From: an uncultured delta proteobacterium
Lineage (GTDB): Bacteria > Desulfobacterota > RBG-13-43-22
Length of the DNA: 64,000 nt
Assembly: GCA_963843145.1 (NCBI GenBank)
Contig: CAWJJC010000003.1
Span: forward strand, 1 to 64,000
Reading direction: 5' to 3'
Both the position numbers and the translations under genes were made by a program. Positions within the stretch are counted from its first letter, which is position 1, and each line of letters begins with the position of its first letter. A model generated the notes under the pieces. The model was not told the DNA's origin. It was given only the letters and a program-made list of their open reading frames with translations, and made no database searches. Positions 10,680 to 21,011 of this stretch are shown here, one piece after another.

Positions 10680-10845
10680 GTTCATTCAGTAGCCCAATTG
10701 TTCTCAAAAGTTGAACGGGGAGATCTCCGGGGTTACCTCTGTGCGACCACGATCACCACTCTTTATTATCTGGCTTCCAAAGCGGTGGGGAGAAAAAAGG
10801 CCCAGAAAGAAATTAAAAAGTTACAGATGTTATTTGAAATGACGG
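10680..10845 (+). pseudogene. PIN-domain toxin fragment
   Basis: LFSKVERGDLRGYLCATTITTLYYLASKAVGRKKA resembles the middle of PIN_3 proteins. Confidence 0.6.
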
Positions 10846-10934
10846 TGAATCTGTCTTGTCTTCAGGCATCTCCACGGGTTTTCCGATTTTGAACCGAAAT
10901 ATGGTCCTCGTCCTCCAATTCCTTTGTTAAGCAA

Positions 10935-11615
10935 TCAGGAATATAGTCTAGAATCTCGTTTGGCCCCTGCGGCAATCAATCCCAATCCCAGCAGCTCAAG
11001 ATAGTCTTTCCAAGAATCCTCATAGGCCGCTTGCAGGGGCTTCAGCCCGACATGATTGAAATCCGCCGCGCGCATTAGAACAAATCCAATTAGGATGACC
11101 AGACCCAGGGTAACCAGACGGTTTCTCTTCAGGAAAACACGACGGCGCCAGGCTGCCAGCGAAACGAACAGAAGAAATCCGAATGCAAATAGTCCGAAAA
11201 ATACCCTTTGGACCAGCCGCCGGTAGGCATACCAGCCTTCCGTTTCGGCCAACGCGCGGCCGCTTTGGATGAGGAGGGTTTGCAGATCCAGTTGCTGATT
11301 GATGCCTAAAAGGAGGATAAACAGGGCCAGACTCCCCCATATCCGACTGAATTCCAGCGACCGGTCTGGGGCCTGGAGAGGTCCTTCGTTGTGGGGCCGG
11401 GGGCGCTTGATTTCCTTTAGGTCGGGTACCACACTGGGGATAGGGGTCTTTAGGGCATCTTGGCGTCTCCGGCTTTTTTGGGCGGCGACAAAACAGCAGA
11501 GCACCGCAACCAGATAGGCCGTTGTAACCAGCCAGAATGAAAAATAATTTTCAATTAAAGACGGCCGCCAGGATAAAGCTGAAAAGATGGGGGAAAGGAT
11601 AACGATTTTCTTCAT
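10935..11615 (-). CDS. Hypothetical multi-pass membrane protein
   Basis: 226-aa ORF with about 5 hydrophobic helices and LGINQQLDLQT motif. Confidence 0.75.
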   Translation of the reverse strand: MKKIVILSPIFSALSWRPSLIENYFSFWLVTTAYLVAVLCCFVAAQKSRRRQDALKTPIPSVVPDLKEIKRPRPHNEGPLQAPDRSLEFSRIWGSLALFILLLGINQQLDLQTLLIQSGRALAETEGWYAYRRLVQRVFFGLFAFGFLLFVSLAAWRRRVFLKRNRLVTLGLVILIGFVLMRAADFNHVGLKPLQAAYEDSWKDYLELLGLGLIAAGAKRDSRLYS

Positions 11616-11629
11616 TGCTTTTTATTTAT

Positions 11630-12673
11630 AGTGGGTATGCAGTTTACTCAACCGTCTACCATATATTGTGTTTGGCCACCTATAATCATTTTGCGTGGCA
11701 CGGGACGACAATCTATGGCCTGCTCCATCAGACGATAGAAGAGTAGGCCACGGGCCTTGGATGTCCGCCTGTTAAATCTGAACGTAAATTCATCGAGATA
11801 GTAATCCAGATGCACCGGTCTGATCGCACCGTGATGAATGCCAAGCCACCATCGGTCAAGCAAGTATGCCACCCGATGAACACGCGGCATAACAACATGA
11901 GCAGGATTTTCGCTATCCGAGATATTTGTGACAGTATGATTGTAGCCCATACCCTCTATACCGTTATATCCAGATACAAGGCACCCGAAATTCGAATATC
12001 GGCATCCCTCTTGCACGTTATCCCTGACGAATCGTCGAAGGCTTGGTGCCGACAAATCAGGAATTGTTGCCATACGAATTCTACCCGGACCACGCCCACG
12101 CACTTCCGCCGCTATGGCAACGAGTGTCTTTCGTTCCGCACCTCGCCCACGAATCTTCTTCCCGACTCCCCCGACGTAGGTTTCATCTACTTCGACTTCT
12201 CCGGTCAACTGATCCCGTCCGGGGCGCACCATCGCCCGACGCAGTTTATGAAGCCAGGTCCAGGCCGTATTATAACTGCCAAGACCAAGGACCCTTTTCA
12301 ATCCGAGAGCACTGGCTTCATGTTTTTAACTCGTCACAAACCACATAGCCAGAAACCATGTCCGAAGTGGTTTGTGACCCCCATGAAACAAAGTTCCCGG
12401 AGAACTGAATGTTTGCCGTTTACATTTTCGGCAAAGGAAAAGACCACGCCCCATTACGGACGGCTGGTCAGCCTTTTCGGCACAGCCCGGGCAAACAAAG
12501 CCTTGAGGCCATCGAAGTTTAGCAATATATTCAAGGCAAGCATTTTCGCTGCTAAACCATTTATCAAAGTCCTGGATTGTTCCAGGATAATCAATGCCCA
12601 AAACGGGGTGCCTTGGCTCTTCCATGACCACATTCTACATCTTGTGGTCGGTTGAGTAAAGTGCATACCCACT
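11630..12673 (-). mobile_element. IS1595-family insertion sequence; transposase has a nonsense codon at 12326-12328
   Basis: TIRs AGTGGGTATGCAGTTTACTCAACCG / CGGTTGAGTAAAGTGCATACCCACT; 8-bp target duplication TTATTTAT (11622-11629, 12674-12681); Zn ribbon, VEVDETYVGG and YLDEFTFRFNRR. Confidence 0.95.
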
Positions 12674-12937
12674 TTATTTATAACCGTTGTTGACGAATTG
12701 ATAATATCAAATTAGGATGAAAAGAGCTTTGGAGTTCCTTTAACCCCACGCCTGCGGACATCCCCACGGGGGGAGCGGGAGCTTGTGGGAAGCCCAAGAT
12801 ATTCAACTTCCTACCGGTCTGCGACGAATCCAAGCAGCGGAGGAGACCTCGGGGAGGAAGTTTTTCATGATTCGCGGCTTGGGGGGGGTTTATTAGTAAA
12901 TAGCATTCGAGTAGCTGCTTTTAAGCCTTTCCTCTTC

Positions 12938-13025
12938 GTTATCCCGGACTTGATCCGGTATCCAGGGCCTACGAAGCTTAATCCGAGGCTGGATTCCGGA
13001 TCACGCTACGCTTGTCCGGAATGAC
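12938..13025. repeat. REP-like palindrome, GT(C/T)AT...ATGAC class (related: ~7990-8023, 8261-8292, 18459-18542, 18704-18791, 25981-26015, 27397-27507, 42629-42714)
   Basis: GTTATCCCGGAC..ATCCAG ... CTGGATTCCGG..CCGGAATGAC. Confidence 0.75.
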
Positions 13026-13064
13026 GGCCTTATTTCCTGCGATAAGTTCCTTTGGAATAATCCC

Positions 13065-13722
13065 ATGGCAAAGAAGAAAAAACATTATTTTTGGCTGGTT
13101 CCGTTAATTCTTTTTATTATTCTGGTTTTAATTCACGAGCCGGTATTGAACGGTCTGGGGGCCTTCCTGGCGCCGGCGGGGGAGAGGGAAGGGGACGCCG
13201 TGGTCCTGGAGGGGACCCAGGTGCCTCATCACCAGGGCGTGAAGGAAGGGATCGCCTTGCTCAAAGAAGGACGTGTTAAACGGATGTATTTAGTCCTTCA
13301 CCTCCTCCCCGGGAGAGCAGCTTTTTGCCATCCAGGAGGAATATGCCGGAATCCTGGGGAAAGAACTTGAACACCTGGGCGTTAAAAGAGGGCAATACCG
13401 AATCCTTCTGGCCCCGATCGACGACCACCCGATCACCCTGACCGAAGCCCGTTACGTGGTCCCTTATTTATTCCGAGACGGGGTCAAGAAGGCCATTCTC
13501 CTGGCCGAGGGGTTTCATACCCGAAGGAGTCTCTGGGCCTACCAGCGAATGGGGAACTCCCTGGGCATCCGGTTTGTTCCGGTTCCCTACTTCCCGTCTT
13601 ATTCTAAGGAGAAGTGGTGGGAAGATCTCGAGGGGATCAAAGACTTCACGGCGGAAAGCGCAAAATTGGGATACTACCTGATTAGGGGATATCTGCCGGT
13701 TAGTTCTTTTTGGAACAGATAA
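13065..13722 (+). pseudogene. YdcF/DUF218-like protein, frameshifted near 13310
   Basis: N-terminal TM helix, DAVVLEG, then HPITLTEA...AEGFHTRRS in a second frame. Confidence 0.7.
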
Positions 13723-13726
13723 GGAG

Positions 13727-13930
13727 AGGGTGTAGGGTGTAGGGTGGGCAAAGGGAGAGGGAAGAAAGAAATATAAGATGGAAGATGGAAGCAAAAAACA
13801 ATTGACCGGATTAAAATACATGATAACTTGAGGTCAAGGCTGCCGATTAGGGGAAAAACGAAAGACGATAGATGGAAGAAGGAAGCAACTGCCCTATACC
13901 CTATACCCTATACCCGATCCCCTACACCCT
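13727..13930. repeat. Inverted heptamer arrays with no enclosed gene
   Basis: AGGGTGT-type x3 at 13727-13747; ATACCCT-type x5 at 13891-13930. Confidence 0.8.
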
Positions 13931-14003
13931 TTTTGATAGCTTGTCTTTACGCTCCGTGCTCCGCACCTGGCGCTCTGCGTTTTTTTAATGAACGGTACCT
14001 CGC

Positions 14004-16097
14004 ATGCTGCTTATTCTAACCACCGTTGCGGTTCTTTTTGTCCTGATGATTGCGGTCTGGGTTTTTTTTCGGGATCCGCGTTCTCGGCTACATCAGGTCT
14101 TCGCCTTAGGTCTGCTCAGTCTGGGGGCCGAGGCTGTTCTGGCTTATCTGGCGGTCAACTCAGCCGGGGAGGAGGAGGCCCTCTGGTGGATGACGCTTCG
14201 GCACGAGGCCATGGCTTGCGGTCTCGGGGCCTGGATTCTTTTTTCTTTTACCTTCGGCCGGCCGCATCGCCAGGCCTTTGCCGAGCGGTGGAAATGGGGG
14301 CTGCTGGCCATCGCCGCGGCCCCTTTGGTGGTAGTAGTCCTGCTGCAAGGGTCTTTTTTTGGAGAAGGCCCTCTGCTCACCCCGAACGGGGACTGGCTGA
14401 TCCCCTTGGGCCGAGGGGGCTATTATTTCTATCTCCTTTTTCTGATGGGGGCGGTGCTGATCCTGATGAACCTGGAACGGGTCTTCCGCCATTCCCTGGG
14501 TCACGTGCGCTGGCGGCTCAAGTTCCTCGTTTTGGGACTGGGCAGCCTCTACGCCCTGCGGATATACACCGGGAGTCAAGCGGTCCTTTTCCGAGTCCTT
14601 GACCCCAGCCTGGAGTATTCCAATTTAGCCGCCCTGCTGGCAGGCGGGCTCCTGATGCTGATTTCCCTGCGCCGGACCCGCATGCTGGAGGTGAATGTAC
14701 AGGTATCCCAAACCGTTATTTTCCATTCCCTGACCGTCCTGATGGTCGGGATTTATTTTTTGGCGGTGGGCGTGCTGGTCAAGGTTATCCAGACCTACCG
14801 CCTGGGAATGGAATTTTCCCTGCATATTTTGGTGGTCCTGCTTTCCCTCTTGGCCTTGAGCATCCTGCTCCTGTCCGACCGGGTGCGCCGGGGAGTGAAG
14901 GAATTCGCCAGCCGGCATTTCAAACGACCCTTATATAATTATCGTAAAGAGTGGATGGCCTTTACCGAGGTCACCACTTCGGTCACCGAACCCCGTGAAC
15001 TCTGTCAGCCCGTGGTGGAACGGGTTTCCCGGATACTGGATGCCCTGTCGGTCACCATCTGGCTTATGGAAGATACACCGGAAAAAATCCAAATGGCCGG
15101 TTCCACCCTTTTTAACCAGAAGGAAGGCCAACAGGAAGCGGTCCAGTCTCCAGTGAAGGCCCTGCTCCGGGAGCTGGTTTCCGGGGAGTTGCCCCGGGAC
15201 CTGGGCGGCATGGAAACCCGCTGGTCAAAGGATACTTGGTCTTCGACTGCTGAGGTTTACCAGAAAAAGGAATCCTTTTACTGGACGGCGTTGGAGGCCG
15301 GAAACCGGCTGCTGGGTGTGATGGCCTTAGGCGACCGGGTCGGCGGGCAAGGGTTTTCCATTGAAGACCAGGACCTGCTCAAAACCATCTGCAGCCAGAC
15401 GGCCTCCAGTTTGCTTAATCTCCGGCTTTCCGAAAACCTCCGCCAGGCCAAGGAGGTCGAAGCCCTGCAGACCATGTCGGCCTTCATGATCCATGACCTG
15501 AAGAACCTGGGCAATACCCTCTCCCTGACCATGGAGAACCTGCCGGTCCACTTTGAGAACCCGGAGTTTCGGGCCGAGGCCCTGCGCATCATCCACCAGA
15601 GTGTCGAAAAGATCAACAGCATTTGCCGGGGGCTGTCGTTGTTGCGGCAAAAAATCGAGCTGCACCCGGTGAAAACAGACCTGAACCAATTGGTGCGGCA
15701 GACCCTCGCTTCTCTCGCCGTAAACCTGGGAAGGGTTGCTTTGAAGGAAGACTTCCAGCCCCTGCCCTTAATCTCCCTGGACCCGGAGCAGATCCAAAAG
15801 GTTTTGGTCAATCTGCTTCTTAATGCCCGGGAGGCTGCCGGAGAGCAGGGGGAGATTCGGGTAGCTACCCGGGGGGATAAAGGCTGGGTGACCGTTTCGG
15901 TGCGCGACAATGGGGCCGGCATGTCTCCAGAATTTTTGGCGTCTTCCCTTTTCCGGCCCTTCAAAACCACCAAAAAACAGGGCATGGGGATCGGCCTCTT
16001 CCATTCCAAGATGATCGTCGAAGCCCACGGCGGCCGGATCGAAGTGGAGAGCGAGGAGGGGCGGGGGACGGAGTTCAGGGTGATAATCAGGGGGTAG
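14004..16097 (+). CDS. prsK: PEP-CTERM system histidine kinase PrsK
   Basis: Multi-TM N-terminus, NLERVFR, YNYRKEW, GAF region, SAFMIHDLKN H-box, HATPase GMGIGL. Confidence 0.93.
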   Translation: MLLILTTVAVLFVLMIAVWVFFRDPRSRLHQVFALGLLSLGAEAVLAYLAVNSAGEEEALWWMTLRHEAMACGLGAWILFSFTFGRPHRQAFAERWKWGLLAIAAAPLVVVVLLQGSFFGEGPLLTPNGDWLIPLGRGGYYFYLLFLMGAVLILMNLERVFRHSLGHVRWRLKFLVLGLGSLYALRIYTGSQAVLFRVLDPSLEYSNLAALLAGGLLMLISLRRTRMLEVNVQVSQTVIFHSLTVLMVGIYFLAVGVLVKVIQTYRLGMEFSLHILVVLLSLLALSILLLSDRVRRGVKEFASRHFKRPLYNYRKEWMAFTEVTTSVTEPRELCQPVVERVSRILDALSVTIWLMEDTPEKIQMAGSTLFNQKEGQQEAVQSPVKALLRELVSGELPRDLGGMETRWSKDTWSSTAEVYQKKESFYWTALEAGNRLLGVMALGDRVGGQGFSIEDQDLLKTICSQTASSLLNLRLSENLRQAKEVEALQTMSAFMIHDLKNLGNTLSLTMENLPVHFENPEFRAEALRIIHQSVEKINSICRGLSLLRQKIELHPVKTDLNQLVRQTLASLAVNLGRVALKEDFQPLPLISLDPEQIQKVLVNLLLNAREAAGEQGEIRVATRGDKGWVTVSVRDNGAGMSPEFLASSLFRPFKTTKKQGMGIGLFHSKMIVEAHGGRIEVESEEGRGTEFRVIIRG

Positions 16098-16109
16098 GGG
16101 ATAAAAGAG

Positions 16110-16672
16110 AGGGTGTAGGGAGTAGGGTTTAGGGGCTAGGGATAGAATTCAAGGGGTAGGTTTAAAGGAATAAAATAAAGGATGGCGAAATGGCTGAACT
16201 TAAGAGGATTCAAAGTTATAAAGACTTAATCGTGTATCAAAAGGGATATAAATTGGCCTTGGAAATCTATAGGGCGACCAAGAAATTTCCCAAAGAAGAA
16301 ATTTTCGGCTTGGTTTCACAAATGAGAAGGAGCACCGTCTCTATCCCTTGCAACATCGCAGAAGGGTACCGGAGGAATCATCGAAAAGAATACATCCAAT
16401 TTCTTTATATTGCTTCGGGTTCTTGCGGAGAGCTGGAAACACTTGTTTCTTTATCCCAGGACTTGAATTTGGTTGATAATGATGACTTTAATAATCTATA
16501 TTGCCTACAGGATGAAATATCTCGTCTATTACAAGGACTAATAAACTCGTTATCACGGACTAAAAGGTAAAACCTCCGGTGAATAAAATAAATCAAAGCG
16601 CAACCACCGGCCCTCAATTCTCTTCCCCTGATATGGCGAGCCCTACCCCCTACCCCCTACCCCCTGCCCCCT
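16110..16672. repeat. Inverted heptamer arrays enclosing the four-helix-bundle gene
   Basis: AGGGTGT AGGGAGT AGGGTTT AGGGGCT AGGGATA (16110-16144) and AGCCCT (ACCCCCT)3 GCCCCCT (16639-16672). Confidence 0.85.
16190..16570 (+). CDS. Four helix bundle protein (23S rRNA IVS protein family)
   Basis: SYKDLIVYQK...FPKEEIFGLVSQMRRS..SIPCNIAEG...FLYIASGSCGELET; lower GC than its neighbours. Confidence 0.93.
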   Translation: MAELKRIQSYKDLIVYQKGYKLALEIYRATKKFPKEEIFGLVSQMRRSTVSIPCNIAEGYRRNHRKEYIQFLYIASGSCGELETLVSLSQDLNLVDNDDFNNLYCLQDEISRLLQGLINSLSRTKR

Positions 16673-18024
16673 CAAGCCAAAAGCTCAAGCTATTGATCGT
16701 CGATGACGACGAGTCCATTCGAAGTCAGATGAAATGGGCGTTGATCGGGGAGTACGAGGTGCTGACCGCCGAGGATCGGCCCTCAGCCCTGGAGGTGCTT
16801 CGCCGGGAACATCCGACCGTGGTGACCCTGGACCTGGGCCTGCCGCCCAAACCCGCCGAAACGGACGAAGGTTTTCAGACCCTGGCTGAAATAATGGCGT
16901 CTTCTTCGGGGACCAAGGTGATTGTGATCACCGGACAGGATGATAAAAAAAACGCCCTGAAGGCCATCGGGATGGGAGCCTATGACTTTTTCTGCAAACC
17001 GATTAAGATCGACGAACTGAAAATCGTCCTTACCCGGGCCTTTTACCTTTCCCAACTGGAGGCCGAGAATCGACTCCTTCAGGACCGCATACCGGTGGAT
17101 TCTTTCCAAGGGATGATGGGCACCAGCAAGGCGATTCTGGAGATCTTCAGTTCCTTGCGCAAGGTGGCCCCTTCGGATGTTCCTGTTTTGGTAACCGGGG
17201 AAAGCGGCACCGGCAAGGAGCTGGCTGCCAAGGCCATCCACGGCTTGAGCACCCGCAAGGAAGGGCCCTTTATTGTGATCAACTGCGGCGCCATACCGGA
17301 GAACCTGCTGGAAAGCGAACTGTTCGGCCACGAGAAGGGGGCCTTCACCGGGGCGCATATCCAACGCAAGGGGCGCATCGAGTTGTCCCAGGGCGGCTCC
17401 TTGTTCCTGGACGAGATCGCCGAGCTGCCCCTTTCCCTTCAAGTAAAGCTGCTGCGGTTCCTCCAGGAGCAGACCATCGAGCGGGTCGGGGGAAGGGAGC
17501 CGATCGTGGTGGACGCCAGGATCGTGGCCGCTACCCACCGAGACCTGAAAAAGGAAATTCAGGAGGGTCGATTCCGGGAAGACCTGTTCTACCGGATCGG
17601 GGTGATCCTAATCAATATCCCACCCCTGCGGGAGCGTCCGGGAGACACTCTCCTGCTGGCCCAGGCCTTCTTAAAAAAGATCGCCGCGGAAAACCGAAAA
17701 AAGGTGGCCGGTTTCACCCCCCAGGCCATCAGGGTTTTGGAAAAACATCCCTGGCCGGGCAATGTCCGGGAGCTGGAAAACCGCGTCAAGCGGGCGGTCA
17801 TCATGGCCGAGGGGGCCCGGGTCACCCCTGCCGATCTGGAGATGGAGGTCCTCTACAAGTATGCCGGACAGACCTTGAAGGAGGCCCGGGACGACATGGA
17901 AAAGGAGTTGATCCAGGCTACGCTGACCCGGAACAAGGGGAACATCACCAAGGCCGCCGAGGAGTTGGCGGTGAGCCGGCCGACGTTGTATGAACTGATG
18001 GAGAGGCTGGGGGTGAGTAAGTAA
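16633..18024 (+). CDS. prsR: PEP-CTERM-box sigma54 response regulator PrsR
   Basis: Receiver VTLDLGLPP, GESGTGKE, GAFTGA, WPGNVREL, Fis HTH; start could be 16579. Confidence 0.93.
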   Translation: MASPTPYPLPPAPSSQKLKLLIVDDDESIRSQMKWALIGEYEVLTAEDRPSALEVLRREHPTVVTLDLGLPPKPAETDEGFQTLAEIMASSSGTKVIVITGQDDKKNALKAIGMGAYDFFCKPIKIDELKIVLTRAFYLSQLEAENRLLQDRIPVDSFQGMMGTSKAILEIFSSLRKVAPSDVPVLVTGESGTGKELAAKAIHGLSTRKEGPFIVINCGAIPENLLESELFGHEKGAFTGAHIQRKGRIELSQGGSLFLDEIAELPLSLQVKLLRFLQEQTIERVGGREPIVVDARIVAATHRDLKKEIQEGRFREDLFYRIGVILINIPPLRERPGDTLLLAQAFLKKIAAENRKKVAGFTPQAIRVLEKHPWPGNVRELENRVKRAVIMAEGARVTPADLEMEVLYKYAGQTLKEARDDMEKELIQATLTRNKGNITKAAEELAVSRPTLYELMERLGVSK

Positions 18025-18928
18025 GAGGGAAGTAAGAGATAAAGAGAGGGAAGATGGGAGAGGGAGGAGGGAAGCAAAAGAAAAGGGGAGGAAGAATGGA
18101 ATAATGGAAAAATGGAAGGCTACGCCGAGTGCGGGGCGGTGTAGTCAGCCAGGTGAGATATTAACGGTTTCAAAATACTATTGACAGGGTACCTTAACGC
18201 CGTCCAGTCGCAACCAAAGACAAAAGACGAACTCTCACAGAGCACACAGAGATCGCAGAGAATAAATAATTTTTGATTGCCGTTGACCCCACTGTAGGCG
18301 GGGCGGCAATCAAAAAAAATATCTTGGCCTTTCTCTGCGCTCCCTGCGAACTCGAGCGAAGGGGGAGAGAGATAAAAAAAACACTCCGTGTAAATACAAT
18401 TATGAGACTGTTATTACCCGTCATATAATAGAACCGACTATTCCCTGGCCTTCCTATTGTCATTCCCGCAGCGATTTTGGGCGGGAATCCAGTCCCTGCC
18501 TGGTGCGATGCTGGATCCCCGATTAAAAAACTCGGGGATGATGGTCGGTGGTTGTACAGACTATTGTGAGACCCTTAATAATAAGGGCGCTGCAAGGATT
18601 TCGTAAAGTCTTCCGGCAGCCCCTTCATTCTCTCTGGAATTCGGACTTTCCATTTAACTTAAAATTCCCCGCTATTGGTAGTTTCGCAAAAAGTCCTTGG
18701 GGTTGTTATTGACGACGAAGCAATCCCCCAGTTGACTTATGTTGCTCCCCAAGTTCAACCAAGGGATTGCTTCGCCTCGCTCGCAATGACAGGAGGGCGT
18801 GGCTTTATTTTCGTACTAAACCAAAAATCCCCACTTTTGAGGGGTTGTTTTTCCTGCTTTTACCCTGTAGTATTCCGCAAAAAATATTTCTTCCGCAGTA
18901 CGGATTTAGAAGATGAAGGGTGGACCGC

Positions 18929-19337
18929 ATGGTTCGTTCATGGCTGCTTCGCTTCGTTTGTCTGGCTATTTCCTTCAATGCATGTATTTTCCCGTCGTTT
19001 ACCTGGGGACAGAGCGATCAGACTCTGTCTGTTCTGGGTAAGATTTTCACTGATAGAATCATTGACCAGATTGCCCTTTCTTCGGGCACCGTCCTGGCCT
19101 ATGGGATCTCCTAAATAGGCAAACTCCTGTACGTGCTGGACCTGGAGTCCTTCCAAATCAGAAAAAAAGTCGGCCTTCCTCAAAGACCTGTCAGGTTGGC
19201 GGTCAACCCCCGAAATAATCAGGCGTACGTGATTACCTGTGGGCCGATCCCAAGCGATTCGCTGTATGTATTGAACCCCGAGGGGGAAATCCTAAGAGAC
19301 GGTCACTGCCCAGAAACCCTCAGGGGATCGCTATAAT
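18929..19337 (+). pseudogene. Truncated, diverged copy of the 5' end of the RHS gene
   Basis: 18680-19337 aligns by eye with 27374-28052; TAA at 19112 replaces AAG; homology stops just before the repeat motif at 19355. Confidence 0.9.
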
Positions 19338-19354
19338 TCCGGAGCGAACTAAAG

Positions 19355-19510
19355 GAGCCAGGTCTTGACTTGTGACAAAAGGGGATCCTCTGGGCGGCCG
19401 GGCTTGTGTGTAAAGTGGTACAGTGGTGCGGAGAGTTCCGAGATGATTGCGATGAGATCACCAGGCGTTTTGCACCAACACAAAAGGGTGCCAGGTTCTG
19501 GCCTGTGACC
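19355..19510 (+). repeat. Two solo copies of the RAYT-flanking motif
   Basis: GAGCCAGGTCTTGACTTGTGACA (19355-19377); degenerate GTGCCAGGTTCTGGCCTGTGACC (19488-19510). Confidence 0.75.
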
Positions 19511-19865
19511 AATATAAAGCCGTTTCTTGGGTAGCTTTTCTATACGGGGAAGATTTGAAGCCCTTCTCAGTGCGGCGCACGGGCCAACCTCAAATCGAAC
19601 CGTGCAACTAGGAAGTCTTGTTTAAAAAGTCAGAGACGGCTTCATCTCCAAAGGAAATATTGCCGTAGGTAAGGGTTTTTTTGCATAAATTGGTTTTGCT
19701 TGCGGCAATAAGTCCTCTTTAAATTTTTTGCGGTGGGTCTTTGTGTCTCAGTAAATCATTGTAGGATTCAACCTTAAATGAAAAAACTATTCAAGAAGTT
19801 TTAATGACCATCCGATCTTACGCTATGGAGTTAAAAACAGGATAAAAGACATCCGGGAGGTTCAT

Positions 19866-20843
19866 ATGGCTCAACGTGCTTTGTTGGTGGGGATCAATAA
19901 ATACAAAATGGCCAATTCGAATCTGAGCGGGTGCGTAAATGACGTGACCAATGTGCGGGATAGCTTGATTAAGTTTTTTGGGTTCAAGATTGAGGACATC
20001 CGGGTGTTGACCGACGAGCGGGCCACGAAAAAGGCCATCATGGAGCGGCTGAATTGGCTGGTCAAAGGGGTCCAGGCCGGAGACCGGATGCTGTTCCACT
20101 TTTCCGGGCACGGCTCCCAGGTTCGGGACCGGGACGGGGACGAGCTGAAGGATAAAATGGACGAGATCCTCTGCCCCCACGACATGGATTGGGATGGCAC
20201 CTATATCGTGGACGACGAACTGCGGAAAATATTCTCCGGCCTGTCCAAGGGGTGCGCCCTGGAGGTGCTGCTGGACTCCTGCCACTCCGGCACCGGCACT
20301 CGGGAGCTCCTGGCTCTGGAAAAGCAGCCACCCGAGTTCTCCTTCAAGCCCCGCTTCCTCCCTCCCCCCGCCGACATCCTCTGCCGCGTCGATGACGACC
20401 TCCCCATCCAACATCTATTCGGCAACCTGATAACTGAGTCTTTGCGCCCCGCGCCCGGCGCTCAGCGTTCCGCGAACACCCCTATCCCCGAGCATTTGTC
20501 TTTATTCAGCGGGTGCGCCGACAACCAGACCTCTGCCGACGCCCTGATCGGCGGGAAATACAACGGGGCCTTTACCTATTACTTCTGCAAGCATTTGAGA
20601 GACGTGAAGGGGAAAATCAGCCGAAATGAGCTGTTGAAGCGGGTAAGAGCATCTTTAAAGCACGAGGATTTCGACCAAGTGCCTCAATTGGAGACCTCGA
20701 AGTCCAAGAAAAGCAAAATTTGCTGGAGTAGGGAAAGGGGCAGATTTATTTTGCCACAGACAAGACAGACAAAGACTGACGATAATTTTCAGCCGGGCGA
20801 TCCCGGTTCAAAGACATCACCGGGGCAGGCTTTGCCCGGCTAA
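19866..20843 (+). CDS. Metacaspase (peptidase C14); true stop probably TAG 20729-20731
   Basis: RALLVGINKY, LSGCVNDV, FSGHG, LDSCHSG, GAFTY, QVPQL; one extra A in the run near 20710 gives KKQNLLE*. Confidence 0.92.
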   Translation: MAQRALLVGINKYKMANSNLSGCVNDVTNVRDSLIKFFGFKIEDIRVLTDERATKKAIMERLNWLVKGVQAGDRMLFHFSGHGSQVRDRDGDELKDKMDEILCPHDMDWDGTYIVDDELRKIFSGLSKGCALEVLLDSCHSGTGTRELLALEKQPPEFSFKPRFLPPPADILCRVDDDLPIQHLFGNLITESLRPAPGAQRSANTPIPEHLSLFSGCADNQTSADALIGGKYNGAFTYYFCKHLRDVKGKISRNELLKRVRASLKHEDFDQVPQLETSKSKKSKICWSRERGRFILPQTRQTKTDDNFQPGDPGSKTSPGQALPG

Positions 20844-20986
20844 AACCGGTCATCGCTTCGCGAAATAGCCCCTCGGTGACATCATAGATCTTGGTGTTGC
20901 CGAGGTTTTAGTGCCCGAAAGTCCTGGCGGGTAAGGAAGCGATAGGTCGCCGCTGCAAGCTGGATCTGTCTTGTCGGTGGCGAAAA
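20749..20986. mobile_element. MITE-like element with TTTTGCCRCAGAC termini (also 21836-22044, 53772-53976; half copies 830-936, 2683-2704)
   Basis: TTGCCACAGACAAGACAGA ... TCTGTCTTGTCGGTGGCGAA; internal CATCGCTT(T)CGCGA and TGCCCGAA(G/A)G motifs shared with the 53.8 kb copy. Confidence 0.7.
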
Positions 20987-21011
20987 AAAGTCTTTAAAGA
21001 AAGGAGTCTTT

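Noticed and set aside
1-11000. Integron cassette array
   Set aside because: No tyrosine integrase, no recognisable attC sites, and the TA modules face both directions
16190-16570. Diversity-generating retroelement (Avd-like protein)
   Set aside because: No reverse transcriptase, and the differences between duplicated segments are not adenine-specific
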